Assembly: GCA_021773195.1 (NCBI GenBank)
Contig: JAJFKN010000055.1
Coordinates: 65,194-129,193, forward strand
Length of the DNA: 64,000 bases
Direction of reading: 5' to 3'
DNA from: Gammaproteobacteria bacterium
GTDB lineage: Bacteria; Pseudomonadota; Gammaproteobacteria; JAKBBU01
Below the pieces are notes generated by a model. That model was given only the letters and a program-made list of their open reading frames with translations. It had not been told where the DNA came from and ran no database searches. This document shows, in pieces, positions 39,304 through 49,750 of the stretch (positions are counted from its first letter, which is position 1; each line of letters begins with the position of its first letter). A program made the translations under genes and the position numbers.

Positions 39304-39966
39304 TTAACCGAGCTTATCTTCCATGGCTTTAAATAGTTTCTGTACCGATTGTGTGGTGGTTTGATCTAACACAATAGAAGCGTGATGGCTGACGGTGGAA
39401 ACGTTTTTGGCATCTAAGGGGTTGCTATCACTTTGACTTAGGCGTTCGCCAATATTTTGAGTGAAGACCAATCTCCCATGATGGTAAATATCCGCAGTAT
39501 AAATAACTTCAGTGACATAACTGGGGTAACCGCCAACGCTAAAGGGCGTTTGGGTGCCATTTACAGCAACGGGTAAGTTCAATTTATCAGATTTGTAAGA
39601 AACTTTCATGGAAATTAAATAAAGCTTCATGGTGTATTTAGGTTGAGAATGAATTCTAAAAATACCAGACTTAGTGCCTTCGCTGATGATAACACTGCGT
39701 AGATAATCAGGTGCAGAAGGGCTGGTAACGCCACTGTATACGGTGCCTTCTGTTAAGGGAACGGTGGTGGTTGAAAATCGGGAGCTGTTTTTCTGAGCTT
39801 GGGGGCGCATATCCGCAACGGTTTGTACCTCAAAAGAACCTAGGTAGCGGTATTGCTTATTAATTTTGGATAAATGATCCAATTGCATGGGTGGCACTTC
39901 AGGACCGCAGGCTGATAACAAGAAAATACTGCAGGCCAATAGAACGATTTTAAATGATTTTTCCAT
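39304..39966 (-). CDS. Hypothetical lipoprotein (220 aa)
   Basis: It has a signal peptide with a lipobox-like LLSAC. No recognisable domain. Confidence 0.5.
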   Translation of the reverse strand: MEKSFKIVLLACSIFLLSACGPEVPPMQLDHLSKINKQYRYLGSFEVQTVADMRPQAQKNSSRFSTTTVPLTEGTVYSGVTSPSAPDYLRSVIISEGTKSGIFRIHSQPKYTMKLYLISMKVSYKSDKLNLPVAVNGTQTPFSVGGYPSYVTEVIYTADIYHHGRLVFTQNIGERLSQSDSNPLDAKNVSTVSHHASIVLDQTTTQSVQKLFKAMEDKLG

Positions 39967-39999
39967 GATAATCCTTAATCATAAGGGCAGTCCTTTTCG

Positions 40000-40809
40000 C
40001 TACTCACTTGTCGTTGGCAGTTTAGCAAAATTACGGCCGTAAAAGATTTCCAACATTTCGTTGCGGACCTGGGCTTCAATGGCGATTCTTTCCTCTTGAG
40101 AAAAATCGCATAGGCCACTGCCAAAGAGGTAATCATCCAAATTAAAGTCCTTGAGTAGCATTTTAGTATGAAAAATGTTTTCTTGATAGACATTTACATC
40201 AATTAATTGATAGCGGTTGATGGTATCTGCCGTCAGATAGCTCTGAACGGAATTAATTTCATGGTCAATGAAATGCTTAGTGCCATTGATATCCCGGGTA
40301 AAGCCCCGTACGCGGTAGTCGATGGTGACAATATCGGAATCAAAGCAATGAATAAGGTAATTCAGGGCTTTGAGGGGGGAAATGACCCCACAGGTGGATA
40401 CATCAATATCAGCACGGAAGGTGCTTAAGCCATTCTCAGGGTGGCTTTCTGGATAGGTATGTACGGTGATGTGGCTTTTATCCAAATGCCCCACAACGGT
40501 TTCAGGTAGAGGCCCTGGCGTTTCGGTTTGAGGAGCTTCTGTAGGGCTAGGTTGGCCTTCGGCAATTAGCATGGTGACACTGGCCCCTTGAGGGTCATAA
40601 TCTTGGTATGCAATATTTAGGATATTTGCGCCGATAATTTTCGTCACTTCTGTTAAAATATTGGTCAGGCGGTTGGCGTTATATTCTTCATCGATATAAT
40701 CAATGTATTCTTGTCGGTGGGAGCGATTTTTAGCATAACAAATATCGTAGATATTGAAACTAAGGCTTTTGGTTAAGTTGTTGAAACCATATAATTTTAA
40801 TTTATTCAT
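40000..40809 (-). CDS. speD: S-adenosylmethionine decarboxylase proenzyme (bacterial long form)
   Basis: It is near-colinear with E. coli Spe[28 protein letters not shown]...[50 protein letters not shown]. Confidence 0.92.
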   Translation of the reverse strand: MNKLKLYGFNNLTKSLSFNIYDICYAKNRSHRQEYIDYIDEEYNANRLTNILTEVTKIIGANILNIAYQDYDPQGASVTMLIAEGQPSPTEAPQTETPGPLPETVVGHLDKSHITVHTYPESHPENGLSTFRADIDVSTCGVISPLKALNYLIHCFDSDIVTIDYRVRGFTRDINGTKHFIDHEINSVQSYLTADTINRYQLIDVNVYQENIFHTKMLLKDFNLDDYLFGSGLCDFSQEERIAIEAQVRNEMLEIFYGRNFAKLPTTSE

Positions 40810-40893
40810 GGGCTAGTATCCTAATCGCTATCAATAACACCGTTGAGCGTAATGGTGGCAAATTATAGCGATTAATGACTGGGATTGCAGCTA

Positions 40894-41808
40894 TTAAATA
40901 TCAATATCCTGAATATTTAATTCTAGGGTCTCATGCTTGCGTTCAGCGGATATCAAGGTGTATTCAGGGATCTCAATCCAAGAAGTGGTGTCCTCTGTGA
41001 GAGGTTCCGAAGCGATAATGATACTAGAATTATTATCGGTGTAAGTCATACGATAATCACCGTCAGTGGATTCGTAGCATTCACCTCGAGTAAACCAAAG
41101 CGTATGATAGGCATAATGTTCTTCACCATAGCCTTCAGGATAATAACCATAATCAAATACAAAACGCGTAGAAATAATAAAGTCGGGTGCGGTAATAAAG
41201 AGATTAATGGGAGAAACCACTTTAATACCTTTTTGCTTGCGGATTTTAGCTAGGACTTCTAAAGTGTCGATCACACCTTTTGATACGCAGGCTGCATTCC
41301 ATTGATCGCGTTGCTTAGGTAATTGGGAGAGTAGCAGGGCATAGATCCATTCAGAATCTGTCGTACCACCCATCTGAGTTGCATAGACGGGGTCAATCAA
41401 CTCATAAAGATCGCGCTTCATTTTGTTAATATCCGTCAGTTGACCATTATGTGCCATGGCCAAATGTGTATCATGATAAATAAAAGGATGCGCATTTTGT
41501 GGGATGACTACTTCGTTGAGACTGTAGATGGTGCCACGAACATGAGCTAATGCACTATTGGCTTTGATTTTTTTGGAAAGGCTACCTAAGTTATGATCGT
41601 AAAAAGGCAATTGCATGGTTTTGTAGAGGAGTGGCAACTCGGGGTTAGCCGAGCCAGAATTCCATGCGGACAAACCAAATCCAGCTAGGTTTTGAATGGT
41701 ACTCATCAACTTAGGATTGTAAGATTGTTTCACCAATGAGTTGTCGGGGCTAAATAAGAGATGATCTACCAAGAGCGGTTGGCCTAAATACAATAATGCT
41801 CTACACAT
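40894..41808 (-). CDS. Class II (Ntn) glutamine amidotransferase, EgtC-like / GATase_6 family
   Basis: It has the N-terminal nucleophile Cys right after Met: MCRALLYLGQPLLVDHLLFSPDNSLVKQSYNPK. Compare the EgtC-type MCRH.A.LG.P..L.DL.L.P...L..QSY.P. Confidence 0.7.
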   Translation of the reverse strand: MCRALLYLGQPLLVDHLLFSPDNSLVKQSYNPKLMSTIQNLAGFGLSAWNSGSANPELPLLYKTMQLPFYDHNLGSLSKKIKANSALAHVRGTIYSLNEVVIPQNAHPFIYHDTHLAMAHNGQLTDINKMKRDLYELIDPVYATQMGGTTDSEWIYALLLSQLPKQRDQWNAACVSKGVIDTLEVLAKIRKQKGIKVVSPINLFITAPDFIISTRFVFDYGYYPEGYGEEHYAYHTLWFTRGECYESTDGDYRMTYTDNNSSIIIASEPLTEDTTSWIEIPEYTLISAERKHETLELNIQDIDI

Positions 41809-42817
41809 TGTAGTCCCCTTCGTGATGATGTATTTGTTTGCCTAAGCCTTCCAATTGTATATATTGTCGATTTACTTTTCGTAGCATATGAGCCACAGCC
41901 GAAAAAACTAGATTATGACATTTAAACCATAATATGACACTTTCTTTTTTTATGGCATCGAGGGCTTGGTGATCAATTTCCAAAATAACAGCATCCTCAC
42001 GTGCCATGGTACTGGTGGAATGGGGTTGTTTATCGGTAAAGCCGGTATGGCCAAAAATTTCGCCAGGCCCATATACACCAAGCTTAGATATTCGCTTGGG
42101 TAAGTGTAATGTGGCCAGTACCGCACCGAGTACCACCATGAAGAAACTGTCACTTTGCTCACCTTCTAAATAAATTGGACGACCCTTTTTTACTTTATGT
42201 AATCTACAGTGAGCCATCAAAATTCCAAGCTCGTTCGCTGATAATTCTTGGATGAACTTCAGGCGATTAAGGTATTTTTTTATATCGTCATCAATCTCAG
42301 TAATATGTTTTTTCCCTAACATTTTTAATGGCGCTAATATATTTGGTAGCGAGACATCTTGTGTATCCTCGGCATCATCCATAACGATTTTTGAAATTCC
42401 GCGTATACGCTGACACATTCTCTTGGCTATTTGCATGCTCAGTTTGTAGCTAATGTGGGGGTGGGTTAATTGAAATGTATGGATGTAGCTATTACTGAAG
42501 CAATAGGTTTTTAATGGCGTTAAGGTGCGAATGTCCGCTGTAATGGGGGCATGTTCCATAAAAGCGATTTCGCCAATGAGATCAGGGGCAGAACACGTGG
42601 TCAAATGTAAACGCTTATTGCCATAAAGGCGCACGGTAGCTTCTACTTCGCCTTCAATTAATAAGTAGATACCAGAGCTGGGCTTGCCTTGTAATAGAAT
42701 ATATTGGTCTTCTGGGAATTCCACAGGTTGAAGGTATTTTGCAATCTTAGATATTTCCTGTTGGCTCATGGATGAAAAAGTAGGTATTTTAGCGATGTCA
42801 TTTATTCGATCATTCAT
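41801..42817 (-). CDS. Protein with two tandem cyclic-nucleotide-binding (CAP_ED) domains and no obvious DNA-binding domain
   Basis: It has two beta-barrel cNMP-binding cores (…YILLQGKPSSGIYLLIEGEVE…IGEIAFM…; …IYLEGEQSDSFFMVVLGAV…GPGEIFGHTGF…). Confidence 0.7.
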   Translation of the reverse strand: MNDRINDIAKIPTFSSMSQQEISKIAKYLQPVEFPEDQYILLQGKPSSGIYLLIEGEVEATVRLYGNKRLHLTTCSAPDLIGEIAFMEHAPITADIRTLTPLKTYCFSNSYIHTFQLTHPHISYKLSMQIAKRMCQRIRGISKIVMDDAEDTQDVSLPNILAPLKMLGKKHITEIDDDIKKYLNRLKFIQELSANELGILMAHCRLHKVKKGRPIYLEGEQSDSFFMVVLGAVLATLHLPKRISKLGVYGPGEIFGHTGFTDKQPHSTSTMAREDAVILEIDHQALDAIKKESVILWFKCHNLVFSAVAHMLRKVNRQYIQLEGLGKQIHHHEGDYNV

Positions 42818-42863
42818 TGCTTACTTTCCTTATATTACTTCGTTTGCCTACACATTCCACTGC

Positions 42864-44291
42864 CTACACATTCCACGTATGCACGGGCATATCGTTGGCT
42901 TGGTTTTTTATATAAGCTTTAATGAGCTTATGGAAATCATGGTCGTGGTTGGCAAAAAATTCACGTTGCCATTGACTACCAGTTTTCCCTGAAATAGCTC
43001 GTTCTTTTATGACAGATAAATATAGCTTAATATCATCCTCATCCACACCTAATGATTGCAAACCTTTCTCTGCCGCCGGCACTAGGGTTTCAGCAATTAA
43101 TTGTCTTAGCGGCACTTGCTTTCCCTCGAGCCAGAAAACGTTACTAGCTAAGCCATGTCGTGCTGCTGTATAAAAATTTTCACTGACCTTGTCAAAAGGT
43201 AATTTACATTCTTGGACCAAGGGATCATCTACCAAGCCATGCATTAGTCCGATAAAAAAAGCGATATTAGCCACCATGTCGATAATAGAGGTGCCTCCAG
43301 GCAAGACACGTAATTCTACTCTAAAATGTGGTTCATTATTTTCATCAAAACCAATAACCGGCCGTATCCAGCGCCAGAGGGTACCGTTATGCAAACGCAT
43401 ATGCCATAGAGTATTTGATTCTTCGGAGTGGCATTCGGGTATAACAATCGGGTATTTCAAATTGTCCTGGAAGACACCCAACAGAGAGTTATCGATGTAG
43501 CGCTCATTAAAGAAAACTCGAGGTGAGTCGCTCTGGGGGAATTTATTGCCAGCATTAACTAAACGTTCAAACAAGGGGATTCGGGTTTCGTCCCATAACT
43601 GTTGATCCAATAGAAAAGCAGAATTGGCTCCAATGGCTGTAATGGGTGCTGCAATGATACAAGCGAGATTATAAAAGTGGTGTGTTTTTTCGATGGGTAA
43701 ACGAATATGCATGTGAAAAGCGCTGGTTGCTCCCATGAGGGCAATGGAGTTTGTTTCAATCTCTAATTTATTAACAGGGCCATTAATATTAAAGCGAATG
43801 GCTTTGTTATGACGTAATCCAGCCAGTTGCTTTTCTAAGGCATAATAGCGATGTTCAGGGGTTATTTTATCATTGTCATACTCATGCAGAGTGCCGATAG
43901 GTTGTGAGCCAATACAAAAGGGAATAACTTCTAATTTTTTACCTGTTTCTATGGCTTTATCCCAAAGCTTAGACAGATCGTTTTGCATGGTTTTGAGGAG
44001 GCTAGGAGAAGCATCATAATAGGGGGTGTTGATTTCTAAAGCGCAGGTGCCCACCTCTGTGTTATAGGCATCGTCTCTGATGGTTTCAATAAAGGCTACA
44101 TTTTTGTGAGCGGGCTGGAAGTCATGGTCCAGCATTAAGAATTCTATTTCCATGCCGAATTGTGGTTTGTAATGGGAAAACTTACCTTGTTTTATCCAAT
44201 CTTGACAACGAGCAGTATCTGCTTCGAGCAGATGTTTAAAGCTGATGTACGCCTCATCATCGAAGTTGGTGCTCTCAATTTTTTGACCCAT
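42864..44291 (-). CDS. GCS2-family carboxylate-amine ligase (glutamate--cysteine-ligase-like; YbdK/EgtA-type)
   Basis: It has the GCS2 N-terminal signature FGMEIEFLMLD (cf. G.E.EF.LVD), and its 475-aa length fits the family. Confidence 0.7.
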   Translation of the reverse strand: MGQKIESTNFDDEAYISFKHLLEADTARCQDWIKQGKFSHYKPQFGMEIEFLMLDHDFQPAHKNVAFIETIRDDAYNTEVGTCALEINTPYYDASPSLLKTMQNDLSKLWDKAIETGKKLEVIPFCIGSQPIGTLHEYDNDKITPEHRYYALEKQLAGLRHNKAIRFNINGPVNKLEIETNSIALMGATSAFHMHIRLPIEKTHHFYNLACIIAAPITAIGANSAFLLDQQLWDETRIPLFERLVNAGNKFPQSDSPRVFFNERYIDNSLLGVFQDNLKYPIVIPECHSEESNTLWHMRLHNGTLWRWIRPVIGFDENNEPHFRVELRVLPGGTSIIDMVANIAFFIGLMHGLVDDPLVQECKLPFDKVSENFYTAARHGLASNVFWLEGKQVPLRQLIAETLVPAAEKGLQSLGVDEDDIKLYLSVIKERAISGKTGSQWQREFFANHDHDFHKLIKAYIKNQANDMPVHTWNV

Positions 44292-44406
44292 TTAATTCGC
44301 CTTTTCCCCATGGCTTTTTGAAGCCTAGCAAGGGATATTGGATTACTCCAGTAATAATAGATGAAAATTGGGAATAGCCGATCATGGGCTAGAAAACCCT
44401 TTAGAT

Positions 44407-45201
44407 TCAGTTTCTTAGGAGTTTCCTCAGAGCGGCTTCTGGGTCTGCCTGGCGCATTAAAGATTCCCCCACTAAAAAGCCATAAATACCATGTTTATTC
44501 ATTGAGGTGATGTCATCAGGGCTGTTAATGCCGCTTTCGGTGATGATCAAGCTTTGCTGAGGAATTTGTTTCGCGAGATCGAGGGAAATTTGTAGAGAGG
44601 TTTGAAAACTGTGTAAATCACGGTTATTAATCCCAATGAGGTTAGGATTTAATGCTAAAGCCCTATGCAATTCTTTTTGGGTATGAACTTCTACGAGGAC
44701 ATCCAACTCCAGAGTCTCTGCCAATTGGAATAATGTCAGTAGGTCACTATCACTTAAAGCTGCCACGATCAGCAAGATAGCATCCGCGCCCATGGCACGA
44801 GATTGGTAAACTTGATAGGGGTCAATAATAAAATCTTTACGAATGATGGGTAAATGGGAATGTTCACGAGCTATACGTAGGTAATCGGCTTTACCTTGAA
44901 AAAAGGGTTCATCGGTGAGGACAGACAGACAGCAAGCACCGGCATTTTCGTATTGTTGTGCGATGGTTTTGGGGTCAAAGTTTTCTCGGATAATGCCCTT
45001 GGATGGTGAGGCTTTTTTTATTTCTGCTATGACTGCATTATCCTTTTTCAGTATTTTTTGTTGCAGGGCTTTATAAAAACCGCGGGGTTTAGCTGCAGAA
45101 TCCATATCTAGCATGCTTAAAGGTATAGCTTCTTTTGCTCGAGAAACTTCATTTTGTTTGTGATGTAATATCTCTTTCAGTATGTCAGGCAGTTGACTCA
45201 T
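44407..45201 (-). CDS. trpC: Indole-3-glycerol phosphate synthase
   Basis: It carries the IGPS motifs (IAEIKKASPSKG; LSVLTDEPFFQG; IIRKDFIID). Confidence 0.9.
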   Translation of the reverse strand: MSQLPDILKEILHHKQNEVSRAKEAIPLSMLDMDSAAKPRGFYKALQQKILKKDNAVIAEIKKASPSKGIIRENFDPKTIAQQYENAGACCLSVLTDEPFFQGKADYLRIAREHSHLPIIRKDFIIDPYQVYQSRAMGADAILLIVAALSDSDLLTLFQLAETLELDVLVEVHTQKELHRALALNPNLIGINNRDLHSFQTSLQISLDLAKQIPQQSLIITESGINSPDDITSMNKHGIYGFLVGESLMRQADPEAALRKLLRN

Positions 45202-46219
45202 GTGCTAACTCTTGTGTGGTGGTGATCAGTTGTTTCAAGACATGGGCGGCAGACCCATCGGCAATATGGGCTTGAGCAAGGGCAATGCCTTCAGCTAATG
45301 TGTCGGCAATATCTGCAGCATAAATGGCTGCGCCCGCATTTAAGGTGACCATGTCTTTTGCTGGGCCTGCTTGATTATTTAAGACCTTATGGATGATGTC
45401 GAGGCTTTCTTCCGGTGTGGATATCTGTAGTCCTTTAAGGCTAGAAAGCGGCATACCAAAATCTCTAGGGTTTATATCGTATTCTTTAATCGTGCCGTGA
45501 TGCAGTTCTGCTATGTGAGTTTTGTCGGCAATACTGATCTCATCTAAACCATCATAAGAATGAACAACCAAGCTATGTTCACTGCCTAATTCTTTCAATG
45601 TAGCAGCGAAGGGCAGTTGCCAATCTTGTGGATAGACACCGATAACTTGCTTTTTGACATGAGCCGGATTAATAAGGGGGCCCAAATAATTAAATAAGGT
45701 GCGAATGCCTAGCGCTTTGCGCACGGGCATCACATGTTTCATGGCTGGGTGATGATTCTGTGCGAATAGAATAGCGATATTGACGCGTTCTAAACAGATT
45801 GCTAATTGGGACGATGTTAGGGAAATATCAACCCCTGCTTGCTCAATTACATCGATGAATCCGCTCTTAGAGCTGGCAGAGCGGTTACCATGTTTTGCAA
45901 CTTTTGCACCAGCTGCCGCTGCTACTAAAGCGCTAGCAGTGGATACATTAAATAGATTTGCGCCATCACCGCCCGTGCCAACAATATCCACCAAATGATC
46001 ATGCTTGTAATCTACAGGCAAGGATTTTTCTAACAGGGCATGTGCCGCTACTGTTATTTCATCAATGCTTTCCCCTTTCATTTGCAGGCCCACTAAAAAA
46101 TCGGCTATTTGGAGATCTGTGCATTCGCCCTCAAGGATGGCTTGCATGGCATCGTGCATGACGTCTGGCTTTAGGTCATGCCTTTGGTTTAATTCTTTTA
46201 TAGCGAGGTTGATATCCAT
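45185..46219 (-). CDS. trpD: Anthranilate phosphoribosyltransferase
   Basis: It has DIVGTGGDGANLFNVSTASA, KHGNRSASS. Confidence 0.9.
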   Translation of the reverse strand: MDINLAIKELNQRHDLKPDVMHDAMQAILEGECTDLQIADFLVGLQMKGESIDEITVAAHALLEKSLPVDYKHDHLVDIVGTGGDGANLFNVSTASALVAAAAGAKVAKHGNRSASSKSGFIDVIEQAGVDISLTSSQLAICLERVNIAILFAQNHHPAMKHVMPVRKALGIRTLFNYLGPLINPAHVKKQVIGVYPQDWQLPFAATLKELGSEHSLVVHSYDGLDEISIADKTHIAELHHGTIKEYDINPRDFGMPLSSLKGLQISTPEESLDIIHKVLNNQAGPAKDMVTLNAGAAIYAADIADTLAEGIALAQAHIADGSAAHVLKQLITTTQELAHESTA

Positions 46220-46797
46220 TATTGATCCAAAAAGTTTTGCAATAATTGATGCCCCATGGGGGTCATTATGGATTCCGGGTGGAATTGAACACCTTCTATG
46301 GGTAAGGTTTTATGGCGAATCCCCATGATTTCTTCTATCTCACCATTGGGCAAATTAGTCCAAGCGGTAACATCGAAGCAGTCAGGCAAACTTTCAATCT
46401 CAGCCACCAATGAATGGTAGCGAGTGGCTTGCATGGGGTTTGGTAAATCTTTAAAAACTCCCTGGTTTCCATGATGCACATGTGAAATTTTGCCGTGCAT
46501 GATTTCCTTTGCATGCACAATGCGCCCACCGAAAGCTTGAGCAATGCTTTGATGGCCTAAGCAAACCCCGAAAATAGGTAATTGATCAGCGAAAGTCTTC
46601 ACCACATCTAAACAAATACCCGCTTCATTTGGTGTGCAGGGCCCGGGAGAAAGTATGATTTTTTTAGGTGCCATTTTATTAATGTCATCTAACGTAATCT
46701 CATCATTGCGCAAAGTAGCTACCTCTGCACCCAGCTCACCAAGATATTGCACGATGTTATAAGTAAAAGAATCGTAATTATCAATCATTAAAATCAT
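46219..46797 (-). CDS. trpG: Anthranilate synthase component II (glutamine amidotransferase)
   Basis: It has [14 protein letters not shown] and the class I GATase Cys (GVCLGHQ). Confidence 0.9.
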   Translation of the reverse strand: MILMIDNYDSFTYNIVQYLGELGAEVATLRNDEITLDDINKMAPKKIILSPGPCTPNEAGICLDVVKTFADQLPIFGVCLGHQSIAQAFGGRIVHAKEIMHGKISHVHHGNQGVFKDLPNPMQATRYHSLVAEIESLPDCFDVTAWTNLPNGEIEEIMGIRHKTLPIEGVQFHPESIMTPMGHQLLQNFLDQ

Positions 46798-46798
46798 A

Positions 46799-48328
46799 TT
46801 ACGCCTCCGTGTCTAAATCGCAGTGGGCCAATGAGACTGCGCGGAAAATGCCACGGCCTTTCTTTATGGTTTCTTGCCATTCATTTTCAGCATCTGAATC
46901 ATAAACAATGCCGCCGCCGGCTTGAGTGGATACTTCATTACCCTTGATCAATGCTGTACGGATGGCTATGGCCACATCCATATTACCATTCCAACCCAAA
47001 TAACCTACAGCTCCGCCATAAATCCCACGTTTGGATTTTTCCAACTCATCAATGATTTCCATGGCTCGAACTTTAGGTGCGCCACTTAACGTGCCAGCAG
47101 GGAAGGTTGCGCGCAAAGCATCAATGGCTGTAAAGTTAGGCCTGATTTTGCCAACCACGTTGGAACTGATATGCATAACATAGGCATAGCGTTCTATGAT
47201 CATTTGTTCTGTAACTCGCACACTTCCGGTTTCAGCCACGCGTCCAACATCATTGCGAGCCAAATCGATTAACATAAGATGCTCAGCAATTTCTTTTTCG
47301 TCGGAAAGCAATTGTTCTTCCAGTGCTTTATCTTCTTCTTCCGTTTGGCCACGATGAATGGTGCCTGCCAAAGGGCGCACAGTGATTTCATCATTTTCTA
47401 AATTCACCAGGGTTTCAGGTGAGGCTCCAGCAATATGGTGGTCTCCTAGATTCAAAAAATACATATAGGGAGAAGGATTTAAATAACGCAAAGCTCGGTA
47501 TAAATGTAAAGGTGGGGCTTTGTAGGGTAACGATATGCGGCGTGAGAAAACCACTTGCATGCAATCTCCGTCAGTAATGTATTGACGAATTTTATTCACG
47601 CATTGCTCGTATTCGGGGAAGCCCATCTTAGACCGGAAGTCCTCTTCGGTGATGGTTTTATGGGGATGTTCGTTCTCAGGCCATGCGCAATGGCGTAATT
47701 GATAATTTAAATCTTGTATGCGTTGTTTGGCATAGGCTAAGGCATCATCCTGAGCGGGATTTGCGTTAACAATATAATAGAAATTGCCTCGTTGGTTATC
47801 AAAGACGATCACCTCATCAGAAACCATGAGTAAAATATCAGGCGTTTCTGCTAGGTCAGGCAGTTGACAATCCCCCAATCGCGGCTCCATGTAGCGCACG
47901 GAATCATAGGCAAAATAACCCACTAAGCCACCATTAAATCGTGGTGGTAAGCCAGGTACGGGTGCCATTTTAATGCGGCTTTGATATTGCTTTACCCACT
48001 CCAAAGGATCATTTACCGTGAGTTCTTCCACTATTTTATCATCGCGATGGATTTCGATGCGGTGCCCATAGATTTTGATGATTTCATTGCAGGGCAGACC
48101 GATGATGCTGTAGCGCCCCCAACGCTCGCCACCAATCATGGATTCAAAAATATAGGTATTAGGTTGATTAGCTAATTTTACGTAAGTGCTCAAGGGCGTA
48201 TCTAAATCGGCTAATAACTCATGCACGATAGGAATGCGATTATAACCTGCTTGAGCATAGCGTTGAAATTCTTCTTGGTTCATAGGGCTTAATTCCAGAG
48301 GTGGTTTTACATAATTAACTAATGTCAC
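46799..48328 (-). CDS. trpE: Anthranilate synthase component I
   Basis: It carries chorismate-binding enzyme motifs ([16 protein letters not shown]). The true start may be the internal Met (MNQEEF) 15 codons in. Confidence 0.88.
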   Translation of the reverse strand: MTLVNYVKPPLELSPMNQEEFQRYAQAGYNRIPIVHELLADLDTPLSTYVKLANQPNTYIFESMIGGERWGRYSIIGLPCNEIIKIYGHRIEIHRDDKIVEELTVNDPLEWVKQYQSRIKMAPVPGLPPRFNGGLVGYFAYDSVRYMEPRLGDCQLPDLAETPDILLMVSDEVIVFDNQRGNFYYIVNANPAQDDALAYAKQRIQDLNYQLRHCAWPENEHPHKTITEEDFRSKMGFPEYEQCVNKIRQYITDGDCMQVVFSRRISLPYKAPPLHLYRALRYLNPSPYMYFLNLGDHHIAGASPETLVNLENDEITVRPLAGTIHRGQTEEEDKALEEQLLSDEKEIAEHLMLIDLARNDVGRVAETGSVRVTEQMIIERYAYVMHISSNVVGKIRPNFTAIDALRATFPAGTLSGAPKVRAMEIIDELEKSKRGIYGGAVGYLGWNGNMDVAIAIRTALIKGNEVSTQAGGGIVYDSDAENEWQETIKKGRGIFRAVSLAHCDLDTEA

Positions 48329-48525
48329 AGAGAGGGTGGGGTTAATGGGCCCAAGGCCAGAGATGTAAAGACTTACGCATCATATCAACGCTCTTATATA
48401 AATGGAGCCTCATTGTAGCAAGCTGACATGGGGGAGGCAATATGGCTGGTTTATTTATGGGCAGATTGGGTGGCGCAAAAATTGAATAATTTTCAATTTA
48501 CGGAGATGCGTTTAGGAGGTAGCTG

Positions 48526-49086
48526 TTAAAGTTTTGCCAGTACTCTAGCGATGCCTTCCAAGGTAAGTACGTGGTCTACGGCTTTGGTTTTTATGGCGGC
48601 TTGGGGCATTTCTGCTGACTCTGCTGTTTTAGGATCTTGAACCATAGTTAAGCCCCCGAGCTTTTTAATTTTTTCTATGCCTTGACTGCCATCGGAGTTT
48701 GCGCCCGTTAAGATAATGCCAACCACTCCACTTTGAAAAACATCGGCGGCTGATTCAAATAAAACATCAATAGAGGGGCGCGAGTAATTGATTCGTTCAT
48801 CCACAGAAAGTGACATTTTATCGGGAGATTCGATGAGAAGGTGATAATTAGCAGGAGCAACATAAATATTTCCTGGCTCGATAGCTGCTTTGTCTTCCGC
48901 TTCTACCACGTTTAAAGGGGTTACTTTATTAAGTAAGTAAAGCAGTGTTTCATCAGAATCAGGATGGCGATGTTGAACGATAAAAACGGGCCGTTTCAAG
49001 GGTTTTGGCAGTTTCGATAATAGGGTAGTCAGTGCCGTTAGCCCACCTTGTGAGGTGCCAATGACGATAGCATCATAATGTCGCAT
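48526..49086 (-). CDS. Stand-alone CheB-type methylesterase catalytic domain (186 aa, no receiver domain)
   Basis: [16 protein letters not shown]...[17 protein letters not shown]... is the CheB_methylest fold with Ser/His/Asp triad context. There is no REC domain, and no other che genes are in the window. Confidence 0.7.
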   Translation of the reverse strand: MRHYDAIVIGTSQGGLTALTTLLSKLPKPLKRPVFIVQHRHPDSDETLLYLLNKVTPLNVVEAEDKAAIEPGNIYVAPANYHLLIESPDKMSLSVDERINYSRPSIDVLFESAADVFQSGVVGIILTGANSDGSQGIEKIKKLGGLTMVQDPKTAESAEMPQAAIKTKAVDHVLTLEGIARVLAKL

Positions 49087-49735
49087 GCTTCATTTCCTCT
49101 ATGATCAATGCGTAGTCCTTCTGACCAAAGATGGCTGATCCCGCTACAAAGGTATCCGCGCCTGCCCTTGCCACTGCTCCTATATTAGACTCTTTGATAC
49201 CGCCATCAACTTCTAAACGTGCTGGGCTATTTACATCATCTAGGCGTTGTCGTACTTGAATAATTTTATCCAGGCTGCTTTCAATAAAGGATTGCCCGCC
49301 AAACCCTGGGTAGACGGACATAATCAATACCAATTCTAAATCTTTTATGACCGTATCTAAAACCGATAAATTCGTATCAGGATTAATAGCCAATCCAGCC
49401 TTGCAGCCCTGATCATGAATCAATTGAATGCTGGCTTGAACATCCTTACTGGCTTCAGGATGAAAGCTAATATAACTTGCTCCCGCTTTAGCGAAAGATG
49501 TAATGAGCTCGTCTACGGGTTGTACCATTAAATGCACATCAATGGGCGCTTCAATGCCATGGTCGCGTAAGGATTTTAAAACCATAGGGCCAATGGTGAG
49601 ATTCGGCACGAAATGATTATCCATAACATCAAAATGAATCCATTGTGCACCAGCGTTTAATACATTTTTACATTCTTCACCTAAACGGGAAAAATCCGCT
49701 GATAAAATGGAGGGGGCGATAATGGCTTTATTCAC
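49073..49735 (-). CDS. rpe: Ribulose-phosphate 3-epimerase
   Basis: It has [16 protein letters not shown]...[14 protein letters not shown]. Confidence 0.9.
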   Translation of the reverse strand: MNKAIIAPSILSADFSRLGEECKNVLNAGAQWIHFDVMDNHFVPNLTIGPMVLKSLRDHGIEAPIDVHLMVQPVDELITSFAKAGASYISFHPEASKDVQASIQLIHDQGCKAGLAINPDTNLSVLDTVIKDLELVLIMSVYPGFGGQSFIESSLDKIIQVRQRLDDVNSPARLEVDGGIKESNIGAVARAGADTFVAGSAIFGQKDYALIIEEMKHATL

Positions 49736-49750
49736 AGGGTATCCTTATGG

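Noticed and set aside
40894-44291. Calling the GCS2 ligase and class II amidotransferase a bona fide ergothioneine (egtA/egtC) cluster
   Set aside because: egtB and egtD are not present in the window, and the GATase_6 and GCS2 families are broader than Egt. I kept it as an 'EgtA/EgtC-like' module of unknown substrate.
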